Shown here piece by piece: positions 61,950 through 64,000 of a DNA stretch of 64,000 nt. Made by a program: the position numbers and the translations under genes. Numbering within the stretch: position 1 is the first letter of the stretch; each line of letters opens with the position of its first letter. A model generated the notes under the pieces. The model saw nothing but the letters and a program-made list of their open reading frames with translations, was not told where the DNA came from and did no database searches. The stretch covers positions 4,588,001 through 4,652,000 of the forward strand of contig CM106586.1 in assembly GCA_048013815.1 (NCBI GenBank), given 5' to 3'. The stretch is from Setoptus koraiensis (taxonomy: Eukaryota; Animalia; Arthropoda).

Positions 61950-64000
61950 CTAGCTCCCTGGTTGAGCTATGTAACATAAGCCTCTGGTGGCATCTAATGT
62001 TATCGTTTGGCCAGTCTCGAATGCTTTACAAGCACCATCGGCCGAACATAAGGTAGGCAGGCCGTATTCGCGAGCAATCACTGCACCATGACTTATTATG
62101 GCTCCGATCTCAGTAACGATACCTTTCAACATGGGAAAGTAAACTGACCAGGACACGTCTATACTATATGTGATTAAAATATCGTCTGGTTGTAAATCGT
62201 CTATTTGTTCTATGCGCTGAATGACGCAAGCCCGGCCAGTAACCAGGCCGGAACATGATGTTATACCTGTGATATTCTTTGACTGACCACCAGGGGTGAT
62301 AGCATCAGTTACATCATCTTTTCCATGAGTTGACTGTTGTTGTTGTTCACACAATACCGGATCTGTAACCTGTCTAACTATTTCAGCAAATTCCTCAAAT
62401 TTCATATCGATCTTACTAAATTGTATCTTGTTTAGAGTTGACATTCGTTGCATTCTCCTTCTTGCTTTATAAATTAGTCTTGATGCTGGAACTGTTCCCT
62501 TGATTAATTGCTCTATTTCATCGAAGCGCATATGAAATATTAAATCAACACTGGGCAACTTGCCAACTAAACACAATTGTTTGGCCAGTTGTCTAAACAT
62601 CATCCTATATCTGTGAATTGTGAGTATAACATACGATTTAGATTTCTCTCGACGTATAACAGCATTACGAGCTCTTGGCAAGACGTAATTGGAAAGAACT
62701 GAACGATTTTTGACCACTTTGCTCAATATACTATTGACAAGTTGCTCTTCTGATTGTGCACCTTCGGCATTGTTGTTCTCTTGATCTGAATTCTGACTAG
62801 CACCGGTATCTTCATTACTACTAGAAGTCTTTTGTCTCGTGCTGTCACTATGTTTCACTCTCACACAAATAGATTTTACTATGTAAGAAGGGTCGTCGCT
62901 CCATGAAAGAGAGCCAAGATCAAATTCTTTGTAAGAGCGATGTCCATTCTTAGACATAAACTCTGAGAATAATTGACTGCACTCATGGGTGGTTGTAGTC
63001 AAATAATTGTATGCCTCTTTATCATTAAATGATTTGAATTCCTCTAAAGATTCGCTGTTTTCAACAATAGATCCCACAATAGAGCTTAATAACCCAGCAA
63101 CATCTGAACTCTCAGACTTGCATGCTTTTTTCATCAAACAACTAAAATCGGTAACATTTTCCTCGGAATACATTTCGATAGGTACTTGACGTTCCGACAT
63201 CATCTTCAACATGATAGAATTCATGAATATGCTGACCAAAGTGCAACGGATATGATCAGACCAAGCAGAAAATAACATATCCGTTTTGTAAACAAGTAAA
63301 TTGAACAGGCTCTCGATTTGATCCTGGTGATCTTGATTGTCCTCGTCAACTTGAGTTGCTGATGAGGCCTTAGTTTTTTGATATGACTGCATGATCGGGG
63401 ATTGTGTTAGCTCATCCTTCTTGAATTCTTCCGAAACAATTGATGACGACTCTAGTTCATCGACAAATTTGCATAACTGATTAGTATCTTTAAATAATTC
63501 GCCCATAATTTTGTTGTTCTTATGTTTCGTGTGCCACTGTAGTGGGCCAGTTATGAGCTCCAGCGTAATTAATTTCGTCCAATGTATATTTGGTCTTTTA
63601 AACAATGGACTTGAGCGTTCTTTACACATTCTAAGCAGTTCTTCATCGTGAACTTCACTGTAACCAACAAATACCTGCCATGGGCCACGCTCACCTGGCA
63701 TATCGTAGGATAGCGAGTCTGTATAGGTTCTACAAAGCGTCACAACATTGGCGTAATTTGAAAAGCCCATCGTTGTACACGGTATGGCAGTGTGGTTGGC
63801 TTCGAAGGGTTTTAGGGAACCTCTTACTATGTTGGTCATTCCAATAAAGTAGCTTATTCCCAGTGTTGAGATCGAGTCAGGGAAGACCTCGCCCACATTG
63901 GCTCGAGACAGAAGCTCTTTGGGACTGCAAAGGCCAGAATCGCATTCATGATCTATCTCATAGTTGTCTAACTTGACCAAATTCGTCAATGGTCTCGATT
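61950..64000 (-). CDS. PEP-utilising phosphotransferase of the rifampin phosphotransferase/PigC/YvkC-like type (5'-truncated)
   Basis: The frame is open to the window edge (SRPLTNL, the tail of the ATP-grasp QSRP motif). Central region with GHRSYKEFDL..LSWSDDP and RNAVIRREKSK. C-terminal swivel His domain GRACVI...PDDILITYSIDVSWSVYFPMLKGIVTEIGAIISHGAVIAREYGLP, catalytic His codon 62088-62090. Confidence 0.88.
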   Translation of the reverse strand, partial: SRPLTNLVKLDNYEIDHECDSGLCSPKELLSRANVGEVFPDSISTLGISYFIGMTNIVRGSLKPFEANHTAIPCTTMGFSNYANVVTLCRTYTDSLSYDMPGERGPWQVFVGYSEVHDEELLRMCKERSSPLFKRPNIHWTKLITLELITGPLQWHTKHKNNKIMGELFKDTNQLCKFVDELESSSIVSEEFKKDELTQSPIMQSYQKTKASSATQVDEDNQDHQDQIESLFNLLVYKTDMLFSAWSDHIRCTLVSIFMNSIMLKMMSERQVPIEMYSEENVTDFSCLMKKACKSESSDVAGLLSSIVGSIVENSESLEEFKSFNDKEAYNYLTTTTHECSQLFSEFMSKNGHRSYKEFDLGSLSWSDDPSYIVKSICVRVKHSDSTRQKTSSSNEDTGASQNSDQENNNAEGAQSEEQLVNSILSKVVKNRSVLSNYVLPRARNAVIRREKSKSYVILTIHRYRMMFRQLAKQLCLVGKLPSVDLIFHMRFDEIEQLIKGTVPASRLIYKARRRMQRMSTLNKIQFSKIDMKFEEFAEIVRQVTDPVLCEQQQQSTHGKDDVTDAITPGGQSKNITGITSCSGLVTGRACVIQRIEQIDDLQPDDILITYSIDVSWSVYFPMLKGIVTEIGAIISHGAVIAREYGLPTLCSADGACKAFETGQTITLDATRGLCYIAQPGS

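Overview
Gene-dense eukaryotic (metazoan) genomic DNA with short GT-AG introns (mostly 90-470 nt) and many intronless housekeeping genes. The style suggests a compact-genome arthropod such as an acariform mite; this is inference and the taxon is not proven. Left to right: the 3' part of a giant (>3,980 aa) acidic disordered protein with internal motif repeats, PSPH, LZIC, MTAP, NFU1, TAF11, a spermine/polyamine oxidase, a decayed TAF11 copy, UGDH, ING4/5, a 4-exon EB-module/LDLa-repeat protein, a ~12 kb gene-free regulatory-like region with a CAGGTGA cluster and tandem repeats, an orphan type II membrane protein, a 500-N gap, ZFYVE1, mitochondrial IF3, MSH5, CFAP20, a NOP53 pseudogene missed by the ORF track, DDRGK1, RRN3, a 162-nt foldback, and the 3' part of a rifampin-phosphotransferase/PigC-like PEP-utilising enzyme. 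I did not recognise any tRNA, rRNA, CRISPR array or intact transposon. The strongest leads are the NOP53 pseudogene, the long hairpin, the modular giant protein and the RPH-like phosphotransferase. No complete novel multi-gene system can be claimed from this window. All family assignments come from recalled motifs, not database searches.
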